The notes under the pieces were generated by a model. It had not been told where the DNA came from. It saw only the letters and a program-made list of their open reading frames with translations, and did not search any database. A stretch of 53,650 nucleotides of DNA from positions 1 to 53,650 of the IMG/VR virus record IMGVR_UViG_3300031707_000026. One strand, written 5' to 3'. Origin of the DNA: a virus (taxonomy: Duplodnaviria; Caudoviricetes). Shown in pieces: positions 18,200-27,777 of the stretch (position 1 is the first letter of the stretch; every line of letters begins with the position of its first letter). The translations under genes were made by a program, and so were the position numbers.

Positions 18200-19084
18200 A
18201 TGAAACCAACAATCCTTCCCCCGATCCCAAATCTTAGCTTGGCTGTAGGTCGACAGCATCACTTGGTTCTATCTCACTTGCTTCAAAGCCCGAGATACGA
18301 AAACTTTTATATTACTGAATCTTGGAATGGTGCTTACATCATTCTAGACAACTCGGCACACGAGAAGAAGCATGGGGAGTCTCCAGAAATTCTCTTGCAG
18401 CAGGCTGAAGAGATCAGAGCTTCTGAGATCGTCTGTCCTGATCACTTATTCGATCGAGCAGACACTGTTCGTCGTACTCGAGAAGCTCTTCAATTCTTTC
18501 TTGTGAATGAAGCGAGGCTGCGACAGATGACTCCAATTCCTCGTCTGATGCTTGTACCTCAAGGATCTTCTCCTGCTGAGTTCTCGTCTTGTTTACAAGA
18601 GCTGGTTCTCGAGTTCCTTGCTATCCAAAAAAAGTCTGGAGAATCATCGACTTTCTTCCCTACAATTGGAGTCTCAAAAGACTACGAGATGTGGGAAGGA
18701 GGGTTGCATCATCTGCTGAGACATGTCATCTTTCCAGTAGCTGCAACGCTTTCTGATCCTGAGATTCATCTTCTTGGGTGGGGGAGAGATCTTTGGGCTC
18801 TCGAGTCGATCGTCGAAGATTTTGGAGATCTCATCAGATCAATCGACTCAGCTAAACCTATCGTCTATGGGATTGCAGGACTTCGTCTTGACCCAAACGT
18901 TCCTGCACCAGAGTATCCTAGGCGATCTAAGATCTACTTCACCACTTCTATCTCAAGCGAGAATCTCGAGATCGTTCGAGAGAACATCAAGGTGTTTGAT
19001 ACTATTGTCTCGGGAGGCGCTAGTGATACCCAACTACGAACCCTGCCTAAAATGTCCACTCAAGGATTGCCCTCCAGTCCCTAG
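18200..19084 (+). CDS. dpdA: DpdA/TGT-like DNA guanine transglycosylase
   Basis: TIM-barrel TGT motifs ILDNS, CPD, VPQG, IHLLG, SIDS; adjacent to a full preQ0/preQ1 pathway and the polymerase. Confidence 0.7.
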   Translation: MKPTILPPIPNLSLAVGRQHHLVLSHLLQSPRYENFYITESWNGAYIILDNSAHEKKHGESPEILLQQAEEIRASEIVCPDHLFDRADTVRRTREALQFFLVNEARLRQMTPIPRLMLVPQGSSPAEFSSCLQELVLEFLAIQKKSGESSTFFPTIGVSKDYEMWEGGLHHLLRHVIFPVAATLSDPEIHLLGWGRDLWALESIVEDFGDLIRSIDSAKPIVYGIAGLRLDPNVPAPEYPRRSKIYFTTSISSENLEIVRENIKVFDTIVSGGASDTQLRTLPKMSTQGLPSSP

Positions 19085-21449
19085 CATACTAGTCTCAGAG
19101 GGGGTTGCTGTTGTGGGAGAAGCTCCCGGGGCTGTCGAAGTTGTTCAGAAAAAGCCTTTTGTAGGAGTATCAGGCCAGCTTCTTCGCGAGACCTTAAAGG
19201 CTGCAGGAGTTGATCTCGAGAAAGTGAGCTTTCTCAATGCCTGTTCATGCAGACCGCCTGACAACAAAACCCCCTCACAGTCTGCGATAAACGCTTGCTC
19301 AGAACGACTGATGAGAGAGCTCGAACAAGTCTCTCCAACTAAAATCCTGACAGTTGGAGGAAGTGCAGCTTCGACGATGTTGTCTCCTGGGAAGACTACG
19401 GCGATCACGAAAGTTCATGGTCAGGGGATGATGTGGAGTCACTCTACGTCATCGAAGTCAATATATCTTGTTTCAACGTTTCACTCAGCTGCTGTAACTC
19501 GAAACCCTGATCTATTTCGGGACTTTTCAAAAGATATTTTGAAGTGGAGCTTGAGCTTCTCCCCCTACTCATCTCCCGAGATTACAACCCTAGTAGCCCA
19601 ATCTATCGAAGAAGCTCTCGAGTACTTGGGATATCTACAGGGTGCTTCTGTGGTCTCGTGTGACTTGGAGACATCTGGGTTCGACTTCTTGTCAGACGAG
19701 ATCTTCTCCGTTGGGTTTGGGGCAATTGATCAAGACGATTCTCTTCGAGGACTCGTTGTCATCATTCCATTTCAATATGCGAATACTACACAAGTGAGTC
19801 AGCGAATCATTGATTTGCTGATCGATGCAACAAAGACTATCGTGTTTCATAACTGTAAGTTCGATTTGCAGTTCCTTCAAACATGGCTCGACGAAGATTT
19901 CGAGCCCTCGAATATCGCAGATACGATGCTGATGCAGTATGCTCAGGATGAACGTGGATCGGGAGATGCTGTCACAGGTCGAGGGTATCGATCTCTAGGA
20001 TTGAAAGATCAAGCTCGACTTCGATATGATATCTCTGACTATCGTTTCGACTTCGAGTCGTTCTTGAAAACCCCATCTAGTGAACGATCTTGGGATGCTC
20101 TCTATCAATATCATGCAATGGATTGTTACTGTACTGTTCGTCTGTACTTTGATCTTCTCGAAGAACTCGACGAAGAATCACCAAAACTCATGCAGCTAGT
20201 CAATCGAATTCTAGTCCCAGGAGCTCGAGCCCTCGCTCAAGTCGAACGAACAGGAGTCCCGATCAATGTGGAATACTTCAAGACACAATCAGATCTCTTG
20301 ACTGGAGAATTGTTACAGCTCTCAGAAGTTCTTGCGAGTACTGCAAGAGCACATGGGATCGAAGATCTCAATCCTGCATCACCTTTGCAGATCAAGAAGG
20401 TAATGAAGGCAATGAAGATCAATCTCGTATCAACAGAACGTGATTTCGTAAGCTCATACCTCAAACATTACAAGCTTTCTGAGATCGCCAGGCTATTCCT
20501 GACAACCCTAATGGAGTACCGTCAGAAGTCAAAAGTCCTTCAGACATACATGACTGGGCTTCTCGAACGTTCTCGCAACGGTCGAGTTCATCCTGATTTC
20601 TTGCTGACAGGAGTAGATACTGGCAGATTAGCTTGTCGTGATCCAAACCTCCAGAACATCCCAATTCTAATGGGGAGGATCGTTCGAGATGGCTTCGAAG
20701 CCCCTGATGGGTACATGCTCATGGAGGGTGATTATTCGCAGCTCGAATTAAGAGTAGTTGCATGGTATTCTCGAGATATAAACATGGCTACAATCTTTAG
20801 GACTGGTCGAGACATCCATCGAGAAGTCGCGGCGACGATGTTCAGAAAGTCTACTAAAGACGTTACTGAGCTTGAGCGCTACATGGCTAAGTATGTTGAC
20901 TTTGGAATTATCTACGGGCGTGGAGCTAAATCTCTCTCAGAAGGGTGGGAGATGGACTATGTAGTCGAACATGGAGGAACTCCTTGGACATTCTGGGAAG
21001 CTGAGAAGTTTTTGAACGACTTCTTGAATGGTTTCCCGGGACTGCGTGATTGGATTGATCGACAGCATCGTCTAGTTCGAGCCCAACGATTCGTCGAAAC
21101 ACCGACTGGACGTCGTCGAAGATTCCCTCTGATGCTTCAGGATACTATCTATTTGATGGAGCGAAAGGGTGTAAACACCCCCATCCAATCCCTAGCGTCG
21201 GACATATGCCTCACGAACTTGATCTATTTGAAAGAACATGTTCTCCCCAAAGAGATTCGAATCATCTCGACAGTTCACGACTCAATTCTGTTTCTCGTTC
21301 CCGAAGAGATGATCGAAGAATGGGTCCCTACGATTGAATCGACTATGGAGGTTTGCAGAGCTCTTCCCGATGGAGTCGTTTTTGATATTCCTTTGAAAGT
21401 CGATGTTAAGATCGGAAAACGATGGGGTGACATGACGAAGGGATTTTAA
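19023..21449 (+). CDS. polA: Family A DNA polymerase with N-terminal family-4 uracil-DNA-glycosylase-like domain and 3'-5' exonuclease
   Basis: GGGAGG then GTG 19023; CLKCPL, GEAPG..E...KPFVG.SG, CRPP (UDG); DLETSG, HNCKFD, YHAMD (Exo I-III); DYSQLELR, RYMAKYVDFGIIYG, TVHDS (Pol motifs A/B/C). Confidence 0.92.
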   Translation: MIPNYEPCLKCPLKDCPPVPSILVSEGVAVVGEAPGAVEVVQKKPFVGVSGQLLRETLKAAGVDLEKVSFLNACSCRPPDNKTPSQSAINACSERLMRELEQVSPTKILTVGGSAASTMLSPGKTTAITKVHGQGMMWSHSTSSKSIYLVSTFHSAAVTRNPDLFRDFSKDILKWSLSFSPYSSPEITTLVAQSIEEALEYLGYLQGASVVSCDLETSGFDFLSDEIFSVGFGAIDQDDSLRGLVVIIPFQYANTTQVSQRIIDLLIDATKTIVFHNCKFDLQFLQTWLDEDFEPSNIADTMLMQYAQDERGSGDAVTGRGYRSLGLKDQARLRYDISDYRFDFESFLKTPSSERSWDALYQYHAMDCYCTVRLYFDLLEELDEESPKLMQLVNRILVPGARALAQVERTGVPINVEYFKTQSDLLTGELLQLSEVLASTARAHGIEDLNPASPLQIKKVMKAMKINLVSTERDFVSSYLKHYKLSEIARLFLTTLMEYRQKSKVLQTYMTGLLERSRNGRVHPDFLLTGVDTGRLACRDPNLQNIPILMGRIVRDGFEAPDGYMLMEGDYSQLELRVVAWYSRDINMATIFRTGRDIHREVAATMFRKSTKDVTELERYMAKYVDFGIIYGRGAKSLSEGWEMDYVVEHGGTPWTFWEAEKFLNDFLNGFPGLRDWIDRQHRLVRAQRFVETPTGRRRRFPLMLQDTIYLMERKGVNTPIQSLASDICLTNLIYLKEHVLPKEIRIISTVHDSILFLVPEEMIEEWVPTIESTMEVCRALPDGVVFDIPLKVDVKIGKRWGDMTKGF

Positions 21450-21946
21450 TGAAGATTTCTGGTGTCTATCAAATCACTTTCTCGTGTTCTGAGACGAGGT
21501 ATATTGGATCATCGAGTGACATGCTTTTTCGAAGAGACTGTCATCTATATGATCTAAGATGTAGAGTTCATGTTAACTCACATCTTCAGAATGCTTTCAA
21601 CAAGTATGGTGAAGGAGCTTTTAGGTTCAGGGTCCTCCTGTATTGTGATCCCTATAATTGTACTCTATACGAACAGAGACTCATAGACTTCTTGGGATTA
21701 GAGAAGCTTTATAACATTTGTCCGCAAGTTAACTCTGTAGCTCGAACTAGAGTAAGACCCTATCATCTGTCTTTCGATCATCGAGAAAAGATTAGTCGAG
21801 CTAACAGGGGTAAAACTCGTACTCAGAAGATGCGAGAAAGAAACAGTCTTACTCACAGAGGCAAGTACCCTTCACAAGAGACTCGAGAGAAACTCAGACA
21901 AGCTCAAAGAGCTCGAAGACTTAGGGAGAAGATGAATGACTGCTGA
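21449..21946 (+). CDS. Free-standing GIY-YIG homing endonuclease with NUMOD3-like tail
   Basis: SGVYQI...YIGSS, HLQNAFNKYG, E...YNI, SQETREKL. Confidence 0.85.
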   Translation: MKISGVYQITFSCSETRYIGSSSDMLFRRDCHLYDLRCRVHVNSHLQNAFNKYGEGAFRFRVLLYCDPYNCTLYEQRLIDFLGLEKLYNICPQVNSVARTRVRPYHLSFDHREKISRANRGKTRTQKMRERNSLTHRGKYPSQETREKLRQAQRARRLREKMNDC

Positions 21947-23795
21947 CAAGTCTCTTTCGTGGTGGCTCGAGCATCTCGAAGGAGTAGCCCCTTCGAGTAA
22001 CGGCTATACAGCTGTCTGCCCGGCACATGCTGACAAAGTCGCCTCGTTGTCGATAACTGAGACTCCTGAAGGGAAGGTCCTGATTCACGATTTTGCTGGG
22101 TGTAAATATCAAGATATCCTTGAAGCTATTGAAGGTCAGAGTGAGCCTCCAATCGTCACTATCGTCCCTTCAAGTACAGAGTCAGCGTCGTCTTGGTGGG
22201 AATCATACACAGGGATCAATGCGTCTGAATGGGAATCGTGGGGCGTCGCATTTAGTAAATCTACGATCAAGTTTACTTGGGAACGCTCTCAAGTCACAAA
22301 ACATAGAACTGCTGGGGGGAAGATGTACTCCTGGCACCCTCCAGGAGGAGCAACTCCTCCTCTGTGGCCAGATCCTCTAGAAACTCTTCCTTCTCGACTC
22401 TACTTAACAGAAGGAGAATCAGACTGTGGAGTCTTGCGACACTTGGGACTCCCTGCTTTTGGAGTTACGAAAGGAGCTCTTACTCCAAATCTAGATCGGA
22501 GCTTTGCTCGATTCAAAGCACTGGGGGTTCGAGAGCTCGTGATTCTATTCGACTACGATGAAGCTGGTCAGACATCTCAAGCATCGATTGCTGAGATATG
22601 TCTAGCTGAGGGGATTATCCCAATCTCGTGTGAGCTATCAAAGGTCCTCGATCCGTTCCGAGGAGAAAAAGATCTTCGAGATGTCTGGCTGCGAGTTCGA
22701 GATGTCGATGAGATGTCAAAGATGATCGAGCACTTGATCGAATCAGCGACAAGGAAGCGCTCTCGACGAGTCTCAAGAGCTACTTTGACTGATTTCCTCG
22801 AGTCGCCTGTTCGAGAGGGTCGATGGCTCGTTGATCATATTTTGCTCGCAGAATCTGTTGGGATGATCGTAGGAGCTCCCAAGATGGGGAAGTCTTGGCT
22901 AGCTCTAGATCTTGGAATCTCTGTTGCTTCAGGGAAGCCATTCCTTCAGAAGTTCGACATACCTCGAGCAGGCCCTGTCGTGATCATCACGAAAGAAGAT
23001 CCAGACTACCTTCTTCAAGATCGTTTTCAGAAGATCTTGATCTCGAAAGGGCTGGGTGGAAAAGTAAGTCTTCCAAGCGTATCTTTCCCGAAGGTAAAGC
23101 TTCCTTTGTATCTAGATCTGTCAAGGGAGTTCCTCTTTACAGCAAGAGATACTGCTGACTTGCTTACATGGCTTCGCGAGATCAAAGATCGTCACGGAGG
23201 CTTAGCTTTAGTAGTCTTTGACCCTACTTTGAGAATGCTCGAGGATGTCGACGAATTCAAAGCTTCTGAAGTAGGGAACAGTGTCTTCGCTACAGCTCAG
23301 ATCATTCAAACAGAGCTGAAATCGTCTGTTATCCTTGTGCATCACAGATCTAAAGGAGCAGGAGACTCGAAGTCATCCTATGGGAGTGTAGCTTTTCATG
23401 CATTTTCAGAAGGGACGTTGTACTTGAAAGGAGATCGACCAACCTCTGAAGGCTGGGTTTCAGTCGAGTCCGAATTCAAGTCTGCAGCAGGGTCATCGTG
23501 GTCGTTTCGGTTTCTGGATCTTGATCAACACTACGAGGTCGAAGTTTCTGAAGCAGAGATGACAAAAGGTCCCCAAAGTATAGATGTCTCTCTAAAGATT
23601 CTTCAGCTACTTGAAGCTGCACTCGAGGGATTAACCGTCATACAATTGTGCGAAGGTCTCCCCGAAGCCTCGGACTATATGATCCGAGCAGCTCTGAAAG
23701 CTCTCGAGGCCTCGAAGCATGCAAGACACGAGAAGGCGTCAGCCGAGGAGGGTAAACGTGGCGGCCCCAGATCTGAACGGTGGTATAGAGTATGA
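21936..23795 (+). CDS. Primase-helicase (Zn-binding, TOPRIM, RepA/AAA_25 helicase)
   Basis: CPAHAD..SLSI...HDFAGC; TEGESD and FDYDEAG TOPRIM; GAPKMGKS, VVFDP, LVHH. Confidence 0.88.
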   Translation: MTADKSLSWWLEHLEGVAPSSNGYTAVCPAHADKVASLSITETPEGKVLIHDFAGCKYQDILEAIEGQSEPPIVTIVPSSTESASSWWESYTGINASEWESWGVAFSKSTIKFTWERSQVTKHRTAGGKMYSWHPPGGATPPLWPDPLETLPSRLYLTEGESDCGVLRHLGLPAFGVTKGALTPNLDRSFARFKALGVRELVILFDYDEAGQTSQASIAEICLAEGIIPISCELSKVLDPFRGEKDLRDVWLRVRDVDEMSKMIEHLIESATRKRSRRVSRATLTDFLESPVREGRWLVDHILLAESVGMIVGAPKMGKSWLALDLGISVASGKPFLQKFDIPRAGPVVIITKEDPDYLLQDRFQKILISKGLGGKVSLPSVSFPKVKLPLYLDLSREFLFTARDTADLLTWLREIKDRHGGLALVVFDPTLRMLEDVDEFKASEVGNSVFATAQIIQTELKSSVILVHHRSKGAGDSKSSYGSVAFHAFSEGTLYLKGDRPTSEGWVSVESEFKSAAGSSWSFRFLDLDQHYEVEVSEAEMTKGPQSIDVSLKILQLLEAALEGLTVIQLCEGLPEASDYMIRAALKALEASKHARHEKASAEEGKRGGPRSERWYRV

Positions 23796-23840
23796 TCAAA
23801 GCAATTGAAGTTCGACGAAGGCAGAAGAAAGGATCAAGCT

Positions 23841-24116
23841 ATGAACAATAATGCAAAGCTTAGTCTAGAACAACTCAAGACTCGACGAAGTGCTCGACAG
23901 CTCAGACTTGCTGTAATAACGAATGTCTACAAACAAAATCTCTTGTCAGATTCTGAGGCGAAAGAACTACTTCAAGGGCCACTAGTTCCCGGTGATGATA
24001 GTACAATCATCGATGATTCTGAGCTGCTTGGAGATCTCGAAGGTCTTGAAAAGATCAACAAAGAGTACGAGATGATAATCATTGCGCAGTTGATGGGAAC
24101 AGAGTACAAGAAATGA
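23841..24116 (+). CDS. Hypothetical protein
   Basis: AAAGGA RBS before ATG 23841; ATGA overlap with the next gene. Confidence 0.5.
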   Translation: MNNNAKLSLEQLKTRRSARQLRLAVITNVYKQNLLSDSEAKELLQGPLVPGDDSTIIDDSELLGDLEGLEKINKEYEMIIIAQLMGTEYKK

Positions 24117-24697
24117 GTACTGCTTCGAGTCTTGATCAAAAGGTCATTCTAGGAAATGCGTGGGAGATCATTCGGGCTTCGACCTCAATCTTCGACTGCA
24201 TCATATCAGACCCTCCCTACGATGCTGTTGATTTCGATCTAGCAGAACTTCAGAGGGTGTGTAGAGGGAATATTCTAATTTTCTGCAAGCCTGAGCATCA
24301 GTTTTTCATTCCAGACGAGTTTTTGTTTTGGGTCAAAATGCCCAGCACAAAGAATTTTACGAGGAAATGCGGGCGTTTCGTAGAAATTATTCTCGTCAAA
24401 CGTCAAGGATCAACTTTCAATCTCCTCCACTGGTCACAGATGACAGGCATCTTTGATGATAGACTAGTGCTTCCTCCCATGCACCCCTTCGAGAAGCCAC
24501 TATCATTGATTGAGCGCCTTGTTAGGATCTACTCTAACCCAGGTGACTTAGTTCTCGATCCTTTCTGCGGGAGCGGAACTACACTCGTCGCGTGTCAAAA
24601 TCTAGGTCGTAGGGTCGTTGGGATCGAACAAGACCCGAAATATATCGAACTTGTGAAGTCAAAGCTCGACTTCGAGAAAATAGGAGATGAGAAATGA
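24113..24697 (+). CDS. N4-C/N6-A DNA methyltransferase (beta-class motif order, compact)
   Basis: SDPPY, HPFEKP, VLDPFCGSGTT. Confidence 0.88.
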   Translation: MSTASSLDQKVILGNAWEIIRASTSIFDCIISDPPYDAVDFDLAELQRVCRGNILIFCKPEHQFFIPDEFLFWVKMPSTKNFTRKCGRFVEIILVKRQGSTFNLLHWSQMTGIFDDRLVLPPMHPFEKPLSLIERLVRIYSNPGDLVLDPFCGSGTTLVACQNLGRRVVGIEQDPKYIELVKSKLDFEKIGDEK

Positions 24698-24927
24698 CGA
24701 CGCTGTACACTATCGACGATGTTGCTGAGATGATTCGTGCTCTTGCGCGCAAGACGGGAAGCGTGAACAACGCAGCCACAGCCATGTTCGTTACACCATC
24801 ATATCTCAGTCAAGTTCTTCATGGACATGTCCCTGGCCCTGCTATCCTTGAGTACTTTGGGCTTCGTAAAGTCTATGGCTTGAAAGAGAAGTACGAAATG
24901 ATCCCCATTGAAGGAGACAAGCTGTGA
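24694..24927 (+). CDS. Small helix-turn-helix protein
   Basis: GSVNNAATAMFVTPSYLSQVLHG..PGP XRE/Cro-like pattern. Confidence 0.65.
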   Translation: MTTLYTIDDVAEMIRALARKTGSVNNAATAMFVTPSYLSQVLHGHVPGPAILEYFGLRKVYGLKEKYEMIPIEGDKL

Positions 24928-25096
24928 TCAAGCGAAAGTATCGTTCTCTGTTTACTCTATGTCTCGCTGGCATATGGCTTTCGATATTTGCTCCTAAGCT
25001 TGTGAAACAGTACTACCCAACTGAATTTTGCGTAGACAATAGAATCGTGTGTTATGTCTTCGCTAAACATACTTGGTTGCTCAAAAGGAGACGAAG

Positions 25097-25342
25097 ATGA
25101 AACCTCTGACGACTTCTGAAAAAAGAGACTTGATAAATCTTCGACGAATCGTGAAGCTCTTAGACGAAGTCTTATCTCTAACAGGAGACGAGACGTTGTT
25201 TCTAACTGCTCGAGTCGGAACGATCGATCCTATTCAAGACAATGCTTTGAGAGCGCGTCTAGCAGCTGCAAATGTGCTGTGTGATTTTCATGACACTTCA
25301 GCAGTGATAACTAACCCGCCTCATCAGATTCGAAGAGTCTAA
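25097..25342 (+). CDS. Hypothetical protein
   Basis: AAAAGGAG RBS before ATG 25097. Confidence 0.5.
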   Translation: MKPLTTSEKRDLINLRRIVKLLDEVLSLTGDETLFLTARVGTIDPIQDNALRARLAAANVLCDFHDTSAVITNPPHQIRRV

Positions 25343-25447
25343 GCATGATTCGCTCAAACCTGAGACGAGCTCTGCAATTTTGGAAGACACAGTTCGCTCA
25401 AACCTAAAGCAAGCTCGACAGCTTCGAAAGCGCGAACGTGCGACAAC

Positions 25448-25485
25448 AAAAAACCCTCGAGAGCCCGAAAGCTCTCGAGGGTTCA
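25448..25485. terminator. Hairpin terminator at the convergence of the + and - operons
   Basis: AAAAAACCCTCGAGAGC-CCGAAA-GCTCTCGAGGGTT; the A-run is a U-tract for the - strand. Confidence 0.7.
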
Positions 25486-25700
25486 TGCGTTTTGCGGGGG
25501 GTACAGTTATACCCTACTCTGCAAACGAATGCGTCCTAGGCTGTCCTACACGTGAAGATCCTATAGAAATAGCGATGCAGTGCAAGAACCAACGATCGCG
25601 CTGGTAGGAGACAGGGAAGATGACAACCCTGCTCGCACTGCATCGCAGACGAGCGGACGAGAATCGAACTCGTCTACACAACCATGTCGCTCGTGACGTT

Positions 25701-26372
25701 CTAAAGCCCGCTCTCGCATCCCTGAATGTCGTTCAGGATGTCTTCCCAAGCAGACTCGATTCGAGTCTGAGCTTCGTTATCGAGCTCTTCTTGCCAAGCT
25801 TCGTGGCGCTTCTCAAGTTCTGTCCCGATCTCTTCTTTGTGCTCGTCAGCGTCGAACTCAGCATCCTCCTCGAGAGTCTGCTGTTCGAGCTCGTGAATAA
25901 TCTCGTCTCGAGCAGCATTCTCGTCCCACTCTTCGTACTCGTTCTTGACATCTTCTCGAATCTGATCTTCGTCGACTTCAAGATCAAACCCTTCGAGATC
26001 GCCAGCCCACGACTCTAGCCCATCAATACGCTCCTGAAGGAGTTGGCCTGCGTTCGACGATTCCTGGAGCTGCTCTGGCATGTTCGAGAGACTGTCTTCA
26101 CAAGTCGAACGAAGATCGTTGATTCGATCGACGAAGCTGGGGACTTCATCAGCGAGGGACTTGTCTGCAGAGAGAGCTCCAAGACCATCTTCGATCTCGT
26201 AGAGCTCTTGAAGGAATGAACTCTGCGTCAGCTGACCGCGAGTTGGAGGTGTCAGCTGCATGTGAAGCACACTATCGAAGCGAAATTGCCACCAGTAGTA
26301 CGAATCCCCTTTCTTAATTCCGTACTTCGGGTAATCTCTACGTGCATGTTTGACGTGCGTTACTTGAGGCAT
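25701..26372 (-). CDS. Phage hypothetical protein (basic N-terminus, acidic coiled coil)
   Basis: GGAG RBS; last gene of the - strand array. Confidence 0.7.
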   Translation of the reverse strand: MPQVTHVKHARRDYPKYGIKKGDSYYWWQFRFDSVLHMQLTPPTRGQLTQSSFLQELYEIEDGLGALSADKSLADEVPSFVDRINDLRSTCEDSLSNMPEQLQESSNAGQLLQERIDGLESWAGDLEGFDLEVDEDQIREDVKNEYEEWDENAARDEIIHELEQQTLEEDAEFDADEHKEEIGTELEKRHEAWQEELDNEAQTRIESAWEDILNDIQGCESGL

Positions 26373-26550
26373 ATTCTTCTCCCTTCATCTTCTCGACTTC
26401 ACGAATGACTTCAGTCAAGGTAACATCTGGTGTCTTGTCGAACAAGGCGACCAAGCGTACCCAATCTTCCCACCTGAAGACAACCAGGGCGTCATCAGTG
26501 ACGATACTTTTCTTGCTCTTAAGCTCTTCTTGAACAATGTGATGTGTCAT
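26338..26550 (-). CDS. Hypothetical protein
   Basis: AAAAGGAG RBS directly after a class II element. Confidence 0.6.
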   Translation of the reverse strand: MTHHIVQEELKSKKSIVTDDALVVFRWEDWVRLVALFDKTPDVTLTEVIREVEKMKGEEYASSNARQTCT

Positions 26551-26568
26551 ATGTTTTCTCCTTTTCTC

Positions 26569-26658
26569 TTGATCGTGCCGAATTACACGATCTCTTCAAG
26601 CTGACTAGACCTCGCTAGTCAGCTTGAAGAGATCAGGGAGATCGACTCCCCGATCAAC
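26569..26658 (-). ncRNA. Class II intergenic four-arm structured element
   Basis: Three hairpins sharing GATC at their bases; last loop TAATTCGG; precedes the SD. Confidence 0.55.
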
Positions 26659-26763
26659 TCACGATATGATGATAATGAGAGTGCACCCAGCGATGAGAAG
26701 CACGATGACAAGAAGGAGGGTCACTGAAATGATCACGAACACTCGAAGCATTCGAGCGATCAT
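26659..26763 (-). CDS. Small membrane peptide (34 aa)
   Basis: ATGA overlap with the upstream gene; one long hydrophobic stretch. Confidence 0.45.
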   Translation of the reverse strand: MIARMLRVFVIISVTLLLVIVLLIAGCTLIIIIS

Positions 26764-27104
26764 ACTTTGATCCTTGACGTAAGAATCAACCCATCTCCAA
26801 GCTCATGAATTCGCTTGTGTTGTCGATGAGCATCCTCGATCGACGACCACACACTAAGACGACGACCCTCAGCCTTCTCAGCAAGAAAGTCTCTCACAGC
26901 GACGACATGAGAACACCCACAAGGAGTGCCAGGCTCACGATACTTGCCCCACTCGCACGTACAGGTCACGTTCGCTGCTTCTGTGAACTTCACTGTGTAC
27001 AGCTCGCCGGAAGCTCCACTGACGACAAGATACTCGTCTTCACTTAGAGGGGTGACTTCATGAGAGCGACTTTTTACTTGCATCTCTTTCGGAAATCTGT
27101 TCAT
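26760..27104 (-). CDS. SWIM zinc-finger protein
   Basis: YTV...CTC...CSHVVAV. Confidence 0.7.
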   Translation of the reverse strand: MNRFPKEMQVKSRSHEVTPLSEDEYLVVSGASGELYTVKFTEAANVTCTCEWGKYREPGTPCGCSHVVAVRDFLAEKAEGRRLSVWSSIEDAHRQHKRIHELGDGLILTSRIKV

Positions 27105-27125
27105 AAGCTCCTCCCGAAGCTTTGC

Positions 27126-27512
27126 TTAGCCAGCACGATAGTTGCAGAGAACGATCCCTGCGTCACCTCCTGCAAGCAACTCGATACACGTCGACTTGCG
27201 GTGCTTGAGCCAAACATCTCCACCTTCGTCACCATGCGCAAACGCCGCAATCTTGCGAGCTTGTAGTTCAGTCGCCGCTCGAACTACGACCCCGTTGACG
27301 ACATCGTAGGCATCGCTCTCCTCCTTTGAGTGTAGAAGCCACAGCTTTATCGCATCTTCTGTCTTGATTATCTTGACGCTGCCGTTAAGATACGCAACGC
27401 GATCTGCAGCTTTCTCTCGATCAGTGTGATCACTGTCAGGATGCCAAACCCCCTTCGGGTCGTAGAAGCCGACTGTCCAGAGACCTGGCTCTGATTGAAT
27501 GTAGACATACAT
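27126..27512 (-). CDS. Hypothetical protein
   Basis: AAGGAG RBS before ATG 27512 (MYVYIQSEPGLWTVGFY). Confidence 0.6.
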   Translation of the reverse strand: MYVYIQSEPGLWTVGFYDPKGVWHPDSDHTDREKAADRVAYLNGSVKIIKTEDAIKLWLLHSKEESDAYDVVNGVVVRAATELQARKIAAFAHGDEGGDVWLKHRKSTCIELLAGGDAGIVLCNYRAG

Positions 27513-27525
27513 GGGATTCTCCTTC

Positions 27526-27777
27526 CTAGACGTTATAGTGAGGGATCGTATCAGCGATCGTCGAGAACAAGAGACGAGCAGCTTCGAAGGGAACTGTGTC
27601 TCCCTCAGCAGCAACACGATCATCACTCCAATCAGTCAGACCGCGATACGCAGTCCAAAAGTGATCTGAGTGAATGACTGCGATGACCTTGTAGCCGAAG
27701 AGATCTCTTGACTTGATTTCATTCCCTTGAACAACATAGGGATTCAGCGTCCCGTTCTCATTTGGATTTCGAGACAT
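27526..27777 (-). CDS. Hypothetical protein
   Basis: AGGTG RBS; packed in the - strand array. Confidence 0.55.
   Translation of the reverse strand: MSRNPNENGTLNPYVVQGNEIKSRDLFGYKVIAVIHSDHFWTAYRGLTDWSDDRVAAEGDTVPFEAARLLFSTIADTIPHYNV

Noticed and set aside
18774-19022. N-terminal extension of PolA given by the ORF track
   Set aside because: It overlaps dpdA extensively; GTG 19023 has a GGGAGG RBS and begins at the UDG cysteine motif
13011-21449. 2-aminoadenine (Z), hmU or archaeosine (dG+) modification
   Set aside because: No purZ, dUMP hydroxymethylase, arcS or gat-queC recognised; QueF keeps the NADPH-reductase signature
24694-24927. Lysogeny module
   Set aside because: Only a lone small HTH; no integrase, partition system or repressor/antirepressor pair was recognised
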